IMG/VR virus record: IMGVR_UViG_3300009703_000013
DNA from: an uncultured virus (IMG/VR IMGVR_UViG_3300009703_000013)
Taxonomy: Duplodnaviria; Heunggongvirae; Uroviricota; Caudoviricetes
Reading direction: 5' to 3' (one strand)
Length of the DNA stretch: 20,000 nt
The notes under the pieces were generated by a model, which made no database searches, was not told the origin of the DNA, and was given only the letters and a program-made list of their open reading frames with translations. Made by a program: the position numbers and the translations under genes. This document shows positions 18,533 to 20,000 of this stretch, piece by piece. Within the stretch, counting starts at the first letter, position 1. Each line of letters starts with the position of its first letter.

Positions 18533-19603
18533 TTAATCGCCAATGATTACAGTTGTTGATGCGCTTTCTATTTTGTTCGAACCATCAGAACCTGATATAC
18601 CTGCAGGGTCATCACCTGTGTCAACTTGATCATCTAGACGAGCTGCACCTTTAGTTCCACTATTGAGATTAATTGTGGCTGCATCCATAGTAGCATTACC
18701 TGTTACGTTTTGATCGTAAGTTCCTTTGATATTCTCTGTAACATTACCATCAACTTGAATATTCCAATTACCTTTGACGTAAGTATTACAATTAGAATCT
18801 ATTGTAAGATTTACATCACCTTTGACATTAACAAATTCTTTACCAGCGACTATTTGATAATTGTCACCAACTATTCTAGTAACTTTATTACCCATTGCAT
18901 CTATCTCGTAAAAAGTTCCTTTTCTATGATACTCATGAATTCTTTCAGTACCAACAGAGTCATCGTATTCTACAATATGACCAGATGAAGTTTCTATTAC
19001 ATTGTTGTCAGGGTATACAGCTGCGTAAGTAGATGCTGGTTCATCAAAAGTTTCATCGGAATTAGCGATTGGTATTGTTTTGCTTCGGCCTTCTTCTTTA
19101 GTTGTTAATACTGTATGCGATAAATCTGTTTCATTCTTCGCAAGTCTATTAACATCACTTTCAATAAATTGTGTTTCTGTTGTAAAGTCATTGTCATCTT
19201 TATCAGTACCATGACCAGAGTTAGAATTTTTTTGTTCGGGGTATACGTCATTAGGGTCAGAGAAACCAAAACGACTGTCTTTGTAAGAGGGTTTACCTTT
19301 GAGAGTTCCCATTACAATAGGATTTTGCATCTCAGCTGCATCCATATAGAAACCAACAACCCAAGTTCCGTTTACTATTTTAGAAAACTTACCGATACCT
19401 TGCATTGATGTATCATTTGTTGGCGACATAACAGACGCCCACGGTAAACTGTCCGTTGGTATATCTGTTAAGTCTTTTGTATGGAAACCATATGCTCTTA
19501 CTTTGACTCTTCCTAGTTTATCAGGGTCGTTATTATCTTCTACAACTCCAACAAACCATTTAAAGCCATCTAGACCCATATAGTGCTGAGGATTTTTTGC
19601 CAT
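18533..19603 (-). CDS. gp5: Baseplate hub / central spike gp5 (OB-fold plus beta-helix, no lysozyme domain)
   Basis: OB-fold motifs WFVGVVEDNNDPDKLGRVKVRAYGFH...LPWA...GTWVVGFYMD...PIVMG, then YPDNNVIETSSGHIVEYDD...ERIHEYHRKGTFYEI, then 8-residue VxGxxxxx beta-helix repeats. Confidence 0.93.
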   Translation of the reverse strand: MAKNPQHYMGLDGFKWFVGVVEDNNDPDKLGRVKVRAYGFHTKDLTDIPTDSLPWASVMSPTNDTSMQGIGKFSKIVNGTWVVGFYMDAAEMQNPIVMGTLKGKPSYKDSRFGFSDPNDVYPEQKNSNSGHGTDKDDNDFTTETQFIESDVNRLAKNETDLSHTVLTTKEEGRSKTIPIANSDETFDEPASTYAAVYPDNNVIETSSGHIVEYDDSVGTERIHEYHRKGTFYEIDAMGNKVTRIVGDNYQIVAGKEFVNVKGDVNLTIDSNCNTYVKGNWNIQVDGNVTENIKGTYDQNVTGNATMDAATINLNSGTKGAARLDDQVDTGDDPAGISGSDGSNKIESASTTVIIGD

Positions 19604-19608
19604 GTGAT

Positions 19609-19616
19609 TATTTAGT
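19609..19616 (-). promoter_or_regulatory. Possible late promoter variant ACTAAATA immediately upstream of gp5
   Basis: TAAATA core 5 nt before the gp5 ATG, overlapping the stop codon of the upstream small ORF. No SD visible. Confidence 0.5.
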
Positions 19617-19737
19617 ACGCAATCACATAATATTTTATTCCAAGTTGTTTAACAATGTCAAGGATATCTAATAGTTCATCTGCTTTAAAATCATGAACCA
19701 TATACTTTGAGGGGGATTTATATAGTACTATTCTCAT
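19612..19737 (-). CDS. Small hypothetical protein (41 aa), not in the ORF track
   Basis: Manual translation MRIVLYKSPSKYMVHDFKADELLDILDIVKQLGIKYYVIAY*. It fills the gap between the DUF4385-like gene (20-nt overlap) and gp5. Confidence 0.6.
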   Translation of the reverse strand: MRIVLYKSPSKYMVHDFKADELLDILDIVKQLGIKYYVIAY

Positions 19738-20000
19738 GTTTATAATTTTTTTCAAATTGACGCCATGACTTTCTCATTTCGATGTAAGTTTTATCGTGAG
19801 TTACTAAATCTCTATACTTTTTAAAGACACGAGCGGCTTTTGCTTTCTCATTTGTTGCCCAATCCTTTGCTTGTGGTAATTGTCTAAACTTTTCATCGTG
19901 AGTTTGTACATACTTTCGACCATCTTTATGGTTCGCATAACGCCTCGCTCGGGTAAAACCCATCTCTAAAAACTTTCTACACATATCCATACCAACAAAA
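19718..20000 (-). CDS. DUF4385-like protein, 3' part (true start lies beyond the window edge)
   Basis: The frame stays open past the listed ATG to the edge, giving FVGMDMCRKFLEMGFTRARRYANHKDGRKY...EKAKAARVFK, which matches the DUF4385 motif as I recall it. Confidence 0.8.
   Translation of the reverse strand, partial: FVGMDMCRKFLEMGFTRARRYANHKDGRKYVQTHDEKFRQLPQAKDWATNEKAKAARVFKKYRDLVTHDKTYIEMRKSWRQFEKNYKHENSTI

Noticed and set aside
1709..19408. All plus-strand ORFs in the track (e.g. 11744-12403, 12890-13279, 7174-7503, 4171-4491)
   Set aside because: They lie wholly antisense to well-supported genes and show no recognisable motifs. Many mirror the sense codon frame, as expected from codon bias.

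Overview
AT-rich segment of a T4-like myovirus genome, most similar in style to marine cyanophage/pelagiphage-type T4-like phages; the host cannot be determined from this window. All credible genes are on the minus strand and form the baseplate/tail module. In transcription order: partial DUF4385-like gene, an unlisted 41-aa ORF, gp5 (no lysozyme domain), gp25, gp6, a 1616-aa gp7-like wedge protein, gp8, a 2118-aa VrlC/DUF4815-like protein, a 78-aa coiled-coil protein, a 177-aa putative structural protein, an Mtd_N-type fibre with an internal duplication, a 321-aa three-repeat protein and a partial ORF. T4 late promoters (TATAAATA), some in tandem, lie in the short intergenic gaps. The most interesting signals are an amicyanin-spaced type-1 copper motif inside gp7, a single PAAR-like repeat fused to the end of gp5 with no adjacent gp5.4 gene, and an acidic repeat shared by gp7 and VrlC. 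I saw no tRNA, CRISPR array, mobile element or DGR. All family assignments come from motif recognition by eye, not database searches.
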